Part shown: positions 37,475 to 48,045 of the stretch, in pieces
Position numbering within the stretch: position 1 is the first letter of the stretch
How the letters are laid out: each line of letters opens with the position of its first letter
Origin: Bdellovibrionota bacterium
GTDB lineage: Bacteria; Bdellovibrionota; Bdellovibrionia; Bdellovibrionales; JAEYZS01
DNA length: 64,000 bases
Assembly (NCBI GenBank): GCA_040386775.1
Contig: JAZKEU010000011.1
Location: forward strand, 109,374-173,373
Reading direction: 5' to 3'
The notes under the pieces: model-generated
Seen by the model: only the letters and a program-made list of their open reading frames with translations
What the model was told of the DNA's origin: nothing
Databases searched by the model: none
Made by a program: the position numbers and the translations under genes

Positions 37475-38147
37475 ATATTTTATGAACAGCATCGAGTCTC
37501 TGCTTGTATTCTTCGCGTGAAATGTATTTTCCACCAAGAGACTCAAGAACGGGTGTGACCATCTGAATGTCCATCCAATCTAAACCAATACCCTGAAGCC
37601 TTTTGATCGCTTCGATTACGCAGAGTTTAGAAACATTACTTTCTAAACCAAACATACTCTCGCCGCTGAAGACTCCCGCGACAAGAACACCATAGAGACC
37701 TCCCACGAGTACCTCGTCGCCGTTCGAATTCTTTCTGTAACATTCTATGCAGAGAATATGACCTTCATCATAGAGATCTTTATAGGCCACTTGCATCTCG
37801 TCTGTGATCCAAGTTCCTTTTTGATTTTTTCTTGGAACGAGAGAACATTGCTCGATGACGTCGTTAAAGCGCGTATTCATCCTAAAAGTATAGAGATTTT
37901 TTTTGATGAGCTTCCCCAGTGATTGTGGAATATGTAGATCTTTAAAATCCAGCACACCACGCTCTTTAGGGAAAAACCAAAGTAATGGATATCCTTCATG
38001 AGGCCAAGGAAAGATTCCATGAATATAAGCATCGAGAAGTAAATCTCTTTCAAACTCTCCGCCAAAACAAAGGACTCCATCTTCCGAAGCCGTCATTGGA
38101 TCCGGAAAACTAGTGATCTGAAAGTACTTTCTTAAATCTTCACTCAT
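37461..38147 (-). CDS. aat: Leucyl/phenylalanyl-tRNA--protein transferase
   Basis: GIFPWP, LWFFPKERGV and GVFSGESMF. The start is taken at MSEDL (38147), overlapping the helicase stop by 8 nt. Confidence 0.85.
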   Translation of the reverse strand: MSEDLRKYFQITSFPDPMTASEDGVLCFGGEFERDLLLDAYIHGIFPWPHEGYPLLWFFPKERGVLDFKDLHIPQSLGKLIKKNLYTFRMNTRFNDVIEQCSLVPRKNQKGTWITDEMQVAYKDLYDEGHILCIECYRKNSNGDEVLVGGLYGVLVAGVFSGESMFGLESNVSKLCVIEAIKRLQGIGLDWMDIQMVTPVLESLGGKYISREEYKQRLDAVHKIFIKA

Positions 38148-39621
38148 TACTAGCCTTACAATTGTCACAGATTCCACATTTCTTAATGTCTTCAAATCCA
38201 AAGTACTTGTAGATTTCAAGAGCGCGGCACTCTGAAGTTTTCACCCATTGAAGGAGTTTTAATAAATTCATTTGGCTATTTTTAAGTCTTTCAGAAATTC
38301 TCTTCTGATCTACGAGTTTTGCAGGAAGTTCTGCGATCACCTTAAGATCTTTATCTAAAATATCACCGGAGGTCACTTCCCAGCGATCAAAAAGATTAAG
38401 AGCTGTTTCTAATCTAAAATCTTTTCGATTGTAGAAATGGAGATTCTCTCGGATTGCATCTAAGCCCTCTTGATTTGCTTTCTCCGTATTCTGTTTAATG
38501 TATTGATAAACTCTAGAAATAAACTCTGCGTCTGGATGCGCCCACTTTAAAAATTCCATTTGAATCGTCACATCGTCTTCATCATAAAGCACGTGACACT
38601 CAGAAGGCTTTCCATCCCTCCCCGCACGACCCATTTCTTGATAAAGGGCTTCGATATTTGCCGGCAGCTCGAAGTGCATAACCGCTCTGATATTTTGTTT
38701 ATCAATTCCCAAACCAAAAGCAGGTGTTGCCAAGATCAGATGATCGTCTTCGTCGCCAAGGTCAGACCGGATGAATTGCTTTTGCATCTTTTGGCGCAAA
38801 CCTCTTGGAAGTTGTCCATGGTATTTGAGATGAGGAAATTTTTTATCGATTTTTTCTGAGCACTTTTCTAAAGTTGAGATCAGAGAAAAATAAACAATCT
38901 TTGGCCCTTTAATTCTCGAAGCCACTTCGATCAATCTTTGAATTTTTTGTTCTTCCCCATAAAGATCATCTACATTAAGACTTAAATTTTCTCTTTTGAT
39001 GCCTGAATGGAAAGTTCGAACTTTGTCCTCATCCAAACCCACTTGCTTCAATATATCTTTTTGCACCTCAGGTGTTGCGGTTGCTGTGAGCATTAGAGTT
39101 GTTGGGTTTCCCATGAACTCGCGCATTTCCTTGATTCTGGTATAGTCCGGTCTAAAATCATGACCCCATTCTGAGATACAATGAGCTTCGTCTATGGCCA
39201 ACAGATTCACCTGATTGGCCTTCAGAGCTTCTCTAAATTCCTCTTTACGAAAGCGCTCGGGAGCCACAAAAAGCAGTTCGTACTCTTGGTTTTTGAGTTT
39301 TTTATAACGCTTCTCTCTGTCTTCTTTTTTTAAAAGGGAGTGAATGTCTGCGACCTTAAAACCCCGCTCTTTGGCCTTAGCTGCTTGATCCTGCATTAGC
39401 GCAATCAGTGGAGATATCACCACCGTTAAACCTCCTAAAATCCTTGCAGGGATTTGAAAACAGAGGCTTTTCCCCATTCCTGTAGGCATAAGACAAAGGC
39501 TATCCTGCCCTGCTAAAACAGAATCAATAACGGCTTTTTGGTCTCCTCTAAAAATATCGTGACCGAACACTTCTTTAAGGATTTTTTGTGGCTCAATTTT
39601 AAGTGCCGTTTTTGTAGGCAT
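38140..39621 (-). CDS. RecQ-family ATP-dependent DNA helicase (short form)
   Basis: LMPTGMGKSLCFQIPA, DEAHCISEWGHDFRPDY, and a C-terminal CGICDNC zinc motif. Confidence 0.85.
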   Translation of the reverse strand: MPTKTALKIEPQKILKEVFGHDIFRGDQKAVIDSVLAGQDSLCLMPTGMGKSLCFQIPARILGGLTVVISPLIALMQDQAAKAKERGFKVADIHSLLKKEDREKRYKKLKNQEYELLFVAPERFRKEEFREALKANQVNLLAIDEAHCISEWGHDFRPDYTRIKEMREFMGNPTTLMLTATATPEVQKDILKQVGLDEDKVRTFHSGIKRENLSLNVDDLYGEEQKIQRLIEVASRIKGPKIVYFSLISTLEKCSEKIDKKFPHLKYHGQLPRGLRQKMQKQFIRSDLGDEDDHLILATPAFGLGIDKQNIRAVMHFELPANIEALYQEMGRAGRDGKPSECHVLYDEDDVTIQMEFLKWAHPDAEFISRVYQYIKQNTEKANQEGLDAIRENLHFYNRKDFRLETALNLFDRWEVTSGDILDKDLKVIAELPAKLVDQKRISERLKNSQMNLLKLLQWVKTSECRALEIYKYFGFEDIKKCGICDNCKASNE

Positions 39622-39805
39622 TTCAAACCTCTTCTGACAACTTTCGCTGGAATTTTTCGCTTGTAAATCTCACTTCTTATGCTACTTTACCAATCTTTAA
39701 ATTTACAGATATTTAAATATAAAAAACCTAATAACTGACACCAATTTGTTGGCAGTTTATTAAAACCATTATTAAAAAAACCATAAGGGTACAGGCAGGA
39801 GCACA

Positions 39806-41917
39806 ATGGCAACAAATTTAGACTTAGTTCGTAACATCGGGATTTCAGCCCACATCGATTCTGGTAAGACTACTCTTACCGAGCGTATCTTGTATTACAC
39901 AGGACGTATTCATCAAATCCATGAAGTTCGTGGAAAAGATGGAGTTGGCGCGACAATGGATTCTATGGATCTTGAAAGAGAAAAAGGGATCACGATTAAA
40001 TCTGCTGCTACATACTGCCGCTGGAAAGAATACACAATCAACATCATCGATACTCCGGGACACGTTGACTTCACAGTTGAAGTGGAAAGATCTTTAAGAG
40101 TTCTAGATGGCGCTATTCTTGTTCTTTGTTCTGTATCTGGTGTTCAAGCTCAAACTTTGACCGTGGATAGACAGATGAAGCGTTACAAAGTTCCACGTAT
40201 CGCATTTGTTAACAAATGTGACCGCGTTGGTGCTAACCCTAAAAGAGTTTGTGCGCAAATCAGAGAAAAATTAAAATTGAACGCTGCCATGATTCAAATC
40301 CCAATCGGATTAGAAGACGCTCACGTGGGTCAAGTGGACCTCGTGAAAATGGTTGCTTACTACTACGAAGGCGATAACGGCGAAACTGTTGTTGAAAAAC
40401 CAATTCCAGCGGAATTACTTGAAGATGCAAAAGCAACTAGAGCTGAGCTTATCAGCGTAGTTGCAGACTTCGACGAAGGCGTTGGAGAGAAATTCTTGAT
40501 GGAAGAAGAAGTTGGCGCTGCCGAACTTCAAGAAGCGATCAGAAAAGGTGCACTTGGATTGAAATTCGTTCCGGTAATGTTGGGTTCAGCTTACAAGAAC
40601 AAAGGTATTCAAGCGTTACTTGATGGCGTTGGAAACTATCTTCCAAATCCAACTGAAATTGAAAACGTTGCTTTAAACATTGATAAGAAAGAAGAAAAAA
40701 TCGTACTTGAATCTGTGGATGATAAGCCACTTGTAATGCTTGCGTTCAAACTTGAGAAATCTCCTTATGGACAATTAACGTTCATGAGAATTTACCAAGG
40801 GACGATCAAAAAAGGCGATATGATCTATAACGTTGTTGATGGTAAGAAAGTTAAAGTTCCACGCTTAGTGCGCATGCATTCTGACGACATGGAAGATATC
40901 GAATCAGCATCAGCTGGAGATATCATCGCAAGTTTCGGTATTGAGTGTGCATCAGGGGATACTTTCACTGACGGTCAATGGAACGTGACATTAGAGTCTA
41001 TGTACATTGCTGATCCAGTTATCTCTTTAGCGATTGCACCGAAAGATAAAACTTCGACTACAAACTTCTCTAAAGCTTTGAACAAGTTCACTAAAGAAGA
41101 TCCAACTTTCAGAGTTCATAGAGACGAAGAATCTGCGGAAACAATTATTTCTGGAATGGGAGAATTGCATCTAGAGATTTACGTTGAACGTATGAAGCGT
41201 GAATTTGATACGGAAGTTGTCGTTGGTAAACCACAAGTTGCGTTTAGAGAAACAGTTGCAAAGTCTGTTGATTTCGTAACAGTTCATAAAAAACAAACTG
41301 GTGGTGCTGGTCAGTACGCAAAAATCGGTGGAAGAATGGAACCGCTTCCAGCTGATCCAGAAGATCCAAAGAAAATTTACGAATTCTCTGATGACACTAA
41401 GGGTGGATCGATTCCTCGTGAATACGTTCCAGCTTGTGACAAGGGTTTCCAAGAACAGCTTAAAAAAGGTATGTTGACTGGCGCTCCTGTAATCGGCGTG
41501 AAGATGATCGTTAACGACGGTGGATTCCATCCAGTGGATTCATCAGAAATGGCTTTCAGAATTTGTGCGCAAGCTGCGATCAGAGAAGCTTACATGTCAG
41601 CTCAACCGACAATCTTAGAACCAATCATGAAAGTGGAAATCACTGTTCCTGAAGAATTCCAAGGTGCGGTCATGGGTCAAGTGAACCAACGTCGTGGTGT
41701 TATCATGGGTTCTGGTACAGAACATGCTGAAACTACGATTGAGTGTGAAGTTCCATTAACAGAAATGTTTGGTTACTCAACTGATCTTCGTTCTGCAACT
41801 CAAGGTAAAGGTCAATTCTCTATGGAATTTGCTAAGTACTCTCCAGTACCAAGAGCAATCCAAGAAGATATGATCAAGGAATACCAAAAGAAAAGAGCTG
41901 AAGAAAATAAGAAGTAA
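39806..41917 (+). CDS. fusA: Elongation factor G (standalone copy, not in an str operon)
   Basis: [17 protein letters not shown] and NKCD. Full five-domain length of 703 aa. Confidence 0.95.
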   Translation: MATNLDLVRNIGISAHIDSGKTTLTERILYYTGRIHQIHEVRGKDGVGATMDSMDLEREKGITIKSAATYCRWKEYTINIIDTPGHVDFTVEVERSLRVLDGAILVLCSVSGVQAQTLTVDRQMKRYKVPRIAFVNKCDRVGANPKRVCAQIREKLKLNAAMIQIPIGLEDAHVGQVDLVKMVAYYYEGDNGETVVEKPIPAELLEDAKATRAELISVVADFDEGVGEKFLMEEEVGAAELQEAIRKGALGLKFVPVMLGSAYKNKGIQALLDGVGNYLPNPTEIENVALNIDKKEEKIVLESVDDKPLVMLAFKLEKSPYGQLTFMRIYQGTIKKGDMIYNVVDGKKVKVPRLVRMHSDDMEDIESASAGDIIASFGIECASGDTFTDGQWNVTLESMYIADPVISLAIAPKDKTSTTNFSKALNKFTKEDPTFRVHRDEESAETIISGMGELHLEIYVERMKREFDTEVVVGKPQVAFRETVAKSVDFVTVHKKQTGGAGQYAKIGGRMEPLPADPEDPKKIYEFSDDTKGGSIPREYVPACDKGFQEQLKKGMLTGAPVIGVKMIVNDGGFHPVDSSEMAFRICAQAAIREAYMSAQPTILEPIMKVEITVPEEFQGAVMGQVNQRRGVIMGSGTEHAETTIECEVPLTEMFGYSTDLRSATQGKGQFSMEFAKYSPVPRAIQEDMIKEYQKKRAEENKK

Positions 41918-41945
41918 TTCTTAAAAATTAATCTAGAAATTGATA

Positions 41946-41977
41946 AGAGGCTCGTAATTTACGAGCCTCTTTTTTTT
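41946..41977 (+). terminator. Rho-independent terminator of fusA
   Basis: AGAGGCTCGT-AATTT-ACGAGCCTCT followed by T8. Confidence 0.9.
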
Positions 41978-42082
41978 GCACCCATGACGCTCATAAAAGA
42001 GAGCAGTTTTTTCAAATTAACATCTTCCTTCTAGACAAAGCTATAAGATTAATTAAACTTCTCTACGACAAGGTGGGGTATT

Positions 42083-42880
42083 ATGAAATTCATTGCGATC
42101 TCAATTATTTTTTTATTTATTCAAACTTCCTATGCAAATCCAAAATTGCATAACAAGCCTATTAAACTAAGAATAGTTGGGGGAACCGAAGTAAAGCTTG
42201 AGGATCTAGAAGCTAAGTCTACGGTTTCACTTCGCCGCGAAAATGGTGGCTTAATTAACAACTGCACCGGAACTTTGATTCATAAGAGATTAGTTTTAAC
42301 TGCAGCACATTGTGTGGCAAATCATACAACCGTGAATGTAGAAAATTTGTACGTTGGTTTTGGCTTAGCGAAACCAAGTTGGGTAGATTCTTCTGATTCG
42401 GAAGTAAAATTTGTTACCCTCGAGACAGGAAGAATTCACCCTGAATACACAACAAATGGAGTAGACATTGCCCTTATTAAACTGAGTCAAGACGCACCAA
42501 AAGGTTGGAAGCCAGTTGAAATTGAAAGTGATGCAAGTGTGCTCAAAAAAGGCACTGAAGTTATTCTTGCTGGCTACGGACTTCGCAGTTATAACCCTCT
42601 GCTAAACGCCGGAAGTCTCTATAAAGTTACAGTTAAAATTGCCGAAACAGAAAAAAATGCACCTTATCTTTTTAATTATGCTTTTTTTGGTGGAGGAGGA
42701 TGCCAGGGAGACTCCGGAGGACCAGGGTACATTCAAGATGGCAATAAACTCAAGTTACTCGGAGTTATCTCTGGAGGAGATCGTGATTGCTTGGGCCGCG
42801 GCTTCTTATCTTCCGTACCTTATGTCGCAGAGTGGATTAGCAAAATGGCCGTCGAGCTTATTGAAGAAGGATCACTCTAA
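42083..42880 (+). CDS. Secreted chymotrypsin/trypsin-family S1 protease
   Basis: Signal peptide, RIVGG activation site, LTAAHC, DIALIKL and CQGDSGGPG. Confidence 0.9.
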   Translation: MKFIAISIIFLFIQTSYANPKLHNKPIKLRIVGGTEVKLEDLEAKSTVSLRRENGGLINNCTGTLIHKRLVLTAAHCVANHTTVNVENLYVGFGLAKPSWVDSSDSEVKFVTLETGRIHPEYTTNGVDIALIKLSQDAPKGWKPVEIESDASVLKKGTEVILAGYGLRSYNPLLNAGSLYKVTVKIAETEKNAPYLFNYAFFGGGGCQGDSGGPGYIQDGNKLKLLGVISGGDRDCLGRGFLSSVPYVAEWISKMAVELIEEGSL

Positions 42881-42939
42881 ACTCAAAATAAAGAAAGCAC
42901 ATCCTAGAGCTTATTACTTACAGGGTAAGCTCTAAAAAA

Positions 42940-43311
42940 TTATTTTTCTATTATTATATTGCAGGAAATTTCTACGCTTTTGTCCAAAGCATCTAGGGGT
43001 TGAGTATTTAAAGGAATTATTTTTTCACCTATGCTCAATGTAGTTCTTGTTGTTCTAAAACTAGAAGCAGTTTGTTCAAATTGAATGACATACTCGGTGT
43101 AAACACCTTTGCCGCCAGGAATCTCATCACCACTGTAACTTGCTTCAACAATTCGAGTGTCTGGCGTTGTCATAATTATTAAAACTTCTTTAGGACAAAG
43201 GATCAGTTTATTTGCAAAATCAATAGACTCTTTACTGAACTCTCCAGAGTGAGACGCCCACAAATTCACACCACAGAAAAAAATAACCAAGCCAAATAAA
43301 ATTGTTTTCAT
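42940..43311 (-). CDS. Secreted hypothetical protein
   Basis: Signal peptide MKTILFGLVIFFCGVNLWA. No motif recognised. Confidence 0.5.
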   Translation of the reverse strand: MKTILFGLVIFFCGVNLWASHSGEFSKESIDFANKLILCPKEVLIIMTTPDTRIVEASYSGDEIPGGKGVYTEYVIQFEQTASSFRTTRTTLSIGEKIIPLNTQPLDALDKSVEISCNIIIEK

Positions 43312-43429
43312 AAAAAATACCACCCAATTATGATTTAATAAGTTGAACTCCTAGAGACAATGAGAAGCCTTGTATTCGCATAGGATGATTTAAACTTAAA
43401 AATTATCGACTGACAAACAAACTTTCAGT

Positions 43430-44029
43430 ATGAATATGCCAATGTCACTCCCTCAATCCTTCTACAGACAAAGTACGAAAAAAGTCGCAAAAGAGCTTTT
43501 GGGCAAAAAGCTTGTACGCATTTACAAAGGCAAGCGCATCTCAGGGATCATCACGGAGACCGAGGCTTATTTGGGGATTAAGGACATGGCCTGCCACTCT
43601 TTTGGAGGGCGAATGACGGAGAGATTAAAGCCCATGTATCTCGATGGTGGGCATTCTTATGTTTATTTTATTTATGGAATGTACTTCTGTTTTAACGTCG
43701 TCACTAGAACTTCGAAACACCCTGAAGCGGTGCTAATTCGCGCGTTAGAGCCGCTTGAAAATATCGAACTTATGAAGTCCTTCAGGGGCAAAGATGACCT
43801 CAAACAACTCACTACTGGTCCAGGAAAACTCGCGCAGGCTTTAAATATAACCAAGGATTTGAACGGTCTTTCTCTCGCCGAAAACCAAATCTTCATTGAA
43901 GATCATTCTAAAATAAGCCCCTCTAAAATCGTTATGAAACCGCGTATAGGCATAGACTACGCTGGAGAAGCAAAAGATTGGCCACTCAGATACTATATAA
44001 AAGATAGTCAGTTTATTTCAAAAAAGTAG
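43430..44029 (+). CDS. mpg: DNA-3-methyladenine glycosylase (Mpg/AAG family)
   Basis: ETEAYLG, HSFGGRMTER, YVYFIYGMYFCFNVVT and VLIRALEP. Confidence 0.9.
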   Translation: MNMPMSLPQSFYRQSTKKVAKELLGKKLVRIYKGKRISGIITETEAYLGIKDMACHSFGGRMTERLKPMYLDGGHSYVYFIYGMYFCFNVVTRTSKHPEAVLIRALEPLENIELMKSFRGKDDLKQLTTGPGKLAQALNITKDLNGLSLAENQIFIEDHSKISPSKIVMKPRIGIDYAGEAKDWPLRYYIKDSQFISKK

Positions 44030-44149
44030 GCTCGTCTCGATCTGAGACTAGAATATTGTCCCATGACGATTCCCCTATGAAAATCCCTCTATATTTCACT
44101 CTTTCAATGTTAAAATAATAATATATTTAGAGAGATCAAAGGGAGATTT

Positions 44150-44476
44150 ATGAACCTGCAATTTGAATATTTTGATTTTACACCACGTAAAGAATTCGAA
44201 GAAAAAGCCAACGAAGTTCTTAACGATTTAAAAGGTCAAATTCCATTCGATTGCGAATGCGAAGCTCGCTGCACTTATTTTGCTAATAAATTTTTCTTCC
44301 AAATTATTTTTAAAACAGACGATGTGATTTTGAGTGCTCAATCTATTCTCGATCCAAAGAGAGAAGACACCGCTCAAAGAGGCTGGCAAGTAAAAGCCAT
44401 CGACAACATGTCCAATCTTCTTCGCGGCCAACTCAATAAATTCAGAGAACCACTTTCACAATTAAAAGCAGTTTAA
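44150..44476 (+). CDS. Small protein, paralog 1 of a tandem pair (possibly HPF/RaiA-like fold)
   Basis: GGGAGA RBS. It shares FTPR.EF..KA...L.D..G..P.D......C......F.I......DP..ED...R.W..KAI with ORF 44674..45030. Confidence 0.55.
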   Translation: MNLQFEYFDFTPRKEFEEKANEVLNDLKGQIPFDCECEARCTYFANKFFFQIIFKTDDVILSAQSILDPKREDTAQRGWQVKAIDNMSNLLRGQLNKFREPLSQLKAV

Positions 44477-44673
44477 AAAATCAGGTTAACAGACGCATTT
44501 TGAGACACCTTTAGGCACACCTTTAGATACATGGGTGTGTAGAAATCACCAAGTTTCTATCTCAATTTTATAGATGTTACCACATCTCACATTAGACCTA
44601 ACGCCTTTTCCTAATTCTGCGATAATATACTTATACAACTGAACGTATTCTAACAAAGTATAGGAGGGGCCTC

Positions 44674-45030
44674 ATGGAATTACACAACCTAAAGTTAAAT
44701 AGAACAATAATCCCATTTTCGAAATTCAAAGTCGATGGGTTCACCCCTCGTGAAGAATTTCAAAAGAAAGCTTATTCGATTCTAGAAGATATCATTGGTA
44801 AAATGCCAAGTGATGCAACTTTTTCTGCGGAATGCAAAAAAAGATTCGGTAAGTACTATTTTAATATAACAGTGAATGGGAGCAATACACATTTTGAAGC
44901 CAGTACAACTGTGGATCCTTCGGAAGAAGATTCTAAAGATCGTAATTGGCTGAACAAGGCGATTGAGGGACTTCATAACTCTATGAACATCCAAATCGAT
45001 GACTGGTTACAGTCACGACGCCTCACCTAA
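44674..45030 (+). CDS. Small protein, paralog 2 of a tandem pair (possibly HPF/RaiA-like fold)
   Basis: AGGAGGGG RBS. Homologous to 44150..44476 by eye alignment. Confidence 0.55.
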   Translation: MELHNLKLNRTIIPFSKFKVDGFTPREEFQKKAYSILEDIIGKMPSDATFSAECKKRFGKYYFNITVNGSNTHFEASTTVDPSEEDSKDRNWLNKAIEGLHNSMNIQIDDWLQSRRLT

Positions 45031-45116
45031 TATTATTATTAGGATGCTAGGACTCAATGGCCTGAAGACATCACTTTCATTAGTGATGTAATGAGGAGTG
45101 CATTTGTGAGACAAGC

Positions 45117-45935
45117 TTATTTTTCAGAGACGATATAAGCAATCCATGAATCGCACTCCTCTCCTATTTCTGAAGGAGAGAATTCGCCATTGCCTTCGCC
45201 CTTTGAGTCGTTACCTTCCCAATATACCGTGCTTTTTTTAAAACCCACTTCACTCAATAAATCTGTCAGCTCCGCAATGGTCCACATTCTCCAGTCATAG
45301 TAAAATACTTTTTCAATTTTCGGCTGACCCTTGAGTTTGTAGTGAATAAAAAATTCGGCTTCGTTCTTTACAGGGTTGTAGTTTATTTGGTCCCAAAAAT
45401 AAGAGAAATCTTTGAATGGAGTTTCTTCTTCAATAGCTGCCTGACACTGTCCACCACCAAAACAGTCAATAATAAGAATTCCGTTCTTATTTAAAGTTCT
45501 CAGGCAATTTTCAAAATATTTTTTTAGCAGCTCTCTTTTCTTAAATAGAAAATATGAAAAATTAAGGGCAGCTATGATATCTGTAGGAGGGAGTTTTTTG
45601 TCTAAAACATTTTTATTCAAAACTTCGGTACGAGACTGCTGATCAGATGTGAGTTTTGGAAGGTAGTTTTTGAGACCATACTCAATAGGTTCTTTATCCA
45701 AATCCACACCTACTGCGGTAAAAGTCTTATCTAACCTTACCCATTCACAACATATAGAAAAAGTTCCGCAAAAGTCTTCTCTCAGAGATTTTGGATTTTT
45801 CTTTTTTATTTCCTTATAAGTTTTTAAAAAAAATTCCGCATCGTTTTTCGGATTTTGTACCGATTCGATGTAGTAGTGGTATTTATCAAATCCCTTGGGA
45901 ACGTCTTTAGCTTTATTATCAGCTGCTTTGCTCAT
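45117..45935 (-). CDS. Class I SAM-dependent methyltransferase
   Basis: Motif I-like LREDFCGTF, and a post-I/II region ILIIDCFGG. Confidence 0.65.
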   Translation of the reverse strand: MSKAADNKAKDVPKGFDKYHYYIESVQNPKNDAEFFLKTYKEIKKKNPKSLREDFCGTFSICCEWVRLDKTFTAVGVDLDKEPIEYGLKNYLPKLTSDQQSRTEVLNKNVLDKKLPPTDIIAALNFSYFLFKKRELLKKYFENCLRTLNKNGILIIDCFGGGQCQAAIEEETPFKDFSYFWDQINYNPVKNEAEFFIHYKLKGQPKIEKVFYYDWRMWTIAELTDLLSEVGFKKSTVYWEGNDSKGEGNGEFSPSEIGEECDSWIAYIVSEK

Positions 45936-45961
45936 GATGCCTTACTTGTGTTTTACTATTG

Positions 45962-47017
45962 TTAAGGAATGTCGTTTAAAACTTCGTTAATCGCCTCGAT
46001 AATATCATGCTTATGCGGAACAGAAGCCTCCTCAAGATTTGGATGGAGCCCAATTCCTGGAAGATTTTTTCCTGCATGAACTTTTGGCCTTGCATAGAGA
46101 TCATAGAACAATTCCTGTGAAGCTCTATAAGCCAAATGCTCACCAAAGTTTGTGACTTCAGTGTCTTCGTTTACAAAAATGACTCTTTTTGTTTTCAAAA
46201 TCGAATTTTTAATTGTTTGCCAGTCATAAGGATAAATCGATCTTAAATCAATCACTTCTAAAGACTTACCTTGCTCTTGCATTTCGATGGCAATCTCTTC
46301 GCAAATCAAAAGTGGTCTTCCGTAACTTACCACTGTGAGATCCGTTCCTTCTTTGACGATTTTCGCTTTCCCGATTTCAATTTTATGATGTTTGAGATCT
46401 GGCCATTTTGCTTTCCACTTTGTACGGTCTCCGAGTGGCGCATCGATCATGGCCTTCAATTCTGTTTCGCTCTCTGGTTCACCCGGAATTAATTCTTTCC
46501 CCTTAACTCTTAAAAGAGCTTTTGGTTTTAAGAACATCACCGGATTTGGATCTTCAATTGCGGCTAACAATAATCCGTAGGCATCCAGTGGTGTTGACGG
46601 CATTACAATTTTCCAACCTGGAAGTCTTGAGGCCCAGGCATCAAAGCTATGACTGTGGTAGAGCGATCCTCTGATACCTGCTCCCGTTGGAGTCATCAAA
46701 ACCAACGGTAAAGTGACTTTGCCATTGGAGGCCCAATTCATATTTCCAACTAATTTTAAAAGATCGATAGTATTAAAGATGTAATCAACGAATTGAATCT
46801 CAGCCACACATCTTTCGCCAGTCATTGCGATTCCAGTCGCCATACCAACGATTCCTCTTTCATCCAGAGGTGTATTCCAAGTTGTTTTCAAGCCTTGAGT
46901 TGCCGTGAAAACTCCACCGAGAGGCATCCCCACATCTTGCCCAAAGATATCTTTCACTTCGAGATTTGTTTCAGCATAGTGAAGAGCCATTCTGATTGCT
47001 TGAGCCATATTTGCCAT
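45962..47017 (-). CDS. 2-oxoacid dehydrogenase E1 component, beta subunit
   Basis: Transketolase-like pyrimidine-binding domain and C-terminal domain (EIQFVDYIF, PTGAGIRGSLYHS). The ATG at 47017 overlaps the alpha-subunit stop (TAATG). Confidence 0.85.
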   Translation of the reverse strand: MANMAQAIRMALHYAETNLEVKDIFGQDVGMPLGGVFTATQGLKTTWNTPLDERGIVGMATGIAMTGERCVAEIQFVDYIFNTIDLLKLVGNMNWASNGKVTLPLVLMTPTGAGIRGSLYHSHSFDAWASRLPGWKIVMPSTPLDAYGLLLAAIEDPNPVMFLKPKALLRVKGKELIPGEPESETELKAMIDAPLGDRTKWKAKWPDLKHHKIEIGKAKIVKEGTDLTVVSYGRPLLICEEIAIEMQEQGKSLEVIDLRSIYPYDWQTIKNSILKTKRVIFVNEDTEVTNFGEHLAYRASQELFYDLYARPKVHAGKNLPGIGLHPNLEEASVPHKHDIIEAINEVLNDIP

Positions 47018-48033
47018 TAGAATTTTCTCCAATCCGCATTTTCGTTATTTACGAAAACATGATCCCAGATGGTATCGGCGCTTGGACCAACTTCAAGTCT
47101 CACGATTTCTAAATCACGCTTTGATTCTTCATCGTAGTCAAAATACATTTTTTTGATTTGCGCTTCAGTGATTAAGCCGTGCTTTAGAAGTTTGGCTTCT
47201 GTGATTTTTAATGGATCTTCTTCGTTGCTCACATAGCTTGCGCCCGAAGCTGAAGAATGTCCGTAAAGACGAGATACAAAGATCTCTACCAATGCGGGTT
47301 TTCTTTCTTTTCTAACATAGTCCATTTCTTCTTTGAGTCGGATGTAAGCTTCTTCCGGATCATTTCCGTAAATTGTTGAAGAACGAATTCCAAAAGCTCT
47401 TCCTCGATCACAGATGTTTTTTTCTCCGTGCTGAGAATCGTAGTTTGTTGAAATTCCCCACTTGTTGTTTTGCACAGTCATAAGCATTGGAAGCTCTCGA
47501 CCTGGACGCGATGACCATACAAGTGCGGATGCAAAATCACCTTCTGCCGTTCCAGCATCACCGCCAGAAACCACTGTAATGCTCTTCGTATTACTTCTTT
47601 TTTGAACCCAAGCCGTACCGAGTGCTTGAGAGTACTGAACTTCAATGGGCGAGGTAATGGGCGCAATATTCCATTGCGGATAGCAGTAGTGACCAGAGAA
47701 ATTTCTTCCACCCGTTGATGGATCTGTAGCTCTGTTCATGATGAGTCGGATCGAATCAATCATCGGCATGCCCATGGCAATCAATGTTGGCGTTGCTCTA
47801 TAGTGCAAATGAAACCAATCGTGCTTGATACCTTGGCCTTTATTCGCCAAAAGCCCGAGGGGAACACCCATCGCTTCTTCCCCAGGTCCACCAATCCAAA
47901 AGAATGCCTCACCCATTTTATAAATACGAATGAGTCGCTCTTCTAAGATGCGAGTTTTAACCATTAAATTATGTATATTGAGAAGAAGCTCCTTAGGTAG
48001 TAAGAGCTTCTCATTCATCGCTTTTTTGCCCAT
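47017..48033 (-). CDS. 2-oxoacid dehydrogenase E1 component, alpha subunit (TPP-dependent)
   Basis: TPP-binding region ITVVSGGDAGTAEGDF...MTVQNNKWGIST. Confidence 0.85.
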   Translation of the reverse strand: MGKKAMNEKLLLPKELLLNIHNLMVKTRILEERLIRIYKMGEAFFWIGGPGEEAMGVPLGLLANKGQGIKHDWFHLHYRATPTLIAMGMPMIDSIRLIMNRATDPSTGGRNFSGHYCYPQWNIAPITSPIEVQYSQALGTAWVQKRSNTKSITVVSGGDAGTAEGDFASALVWSSRPGRELPMLMTVQNNKWGISTNYDSQHGEKNICDRGRAFGIRSSTIYGNDPEEAYIRLKEEMDYVRKERKPALVEIFVSRLYGHSSASGASYVSNEEDPLKITEAKLLKHGLITEAQIKKMYFDYDEESKRDLEIVRLEVGPSADTIWDHVFVNNENADWRKF

Positions 48034-48045
48034 ACGCTAGAACAT

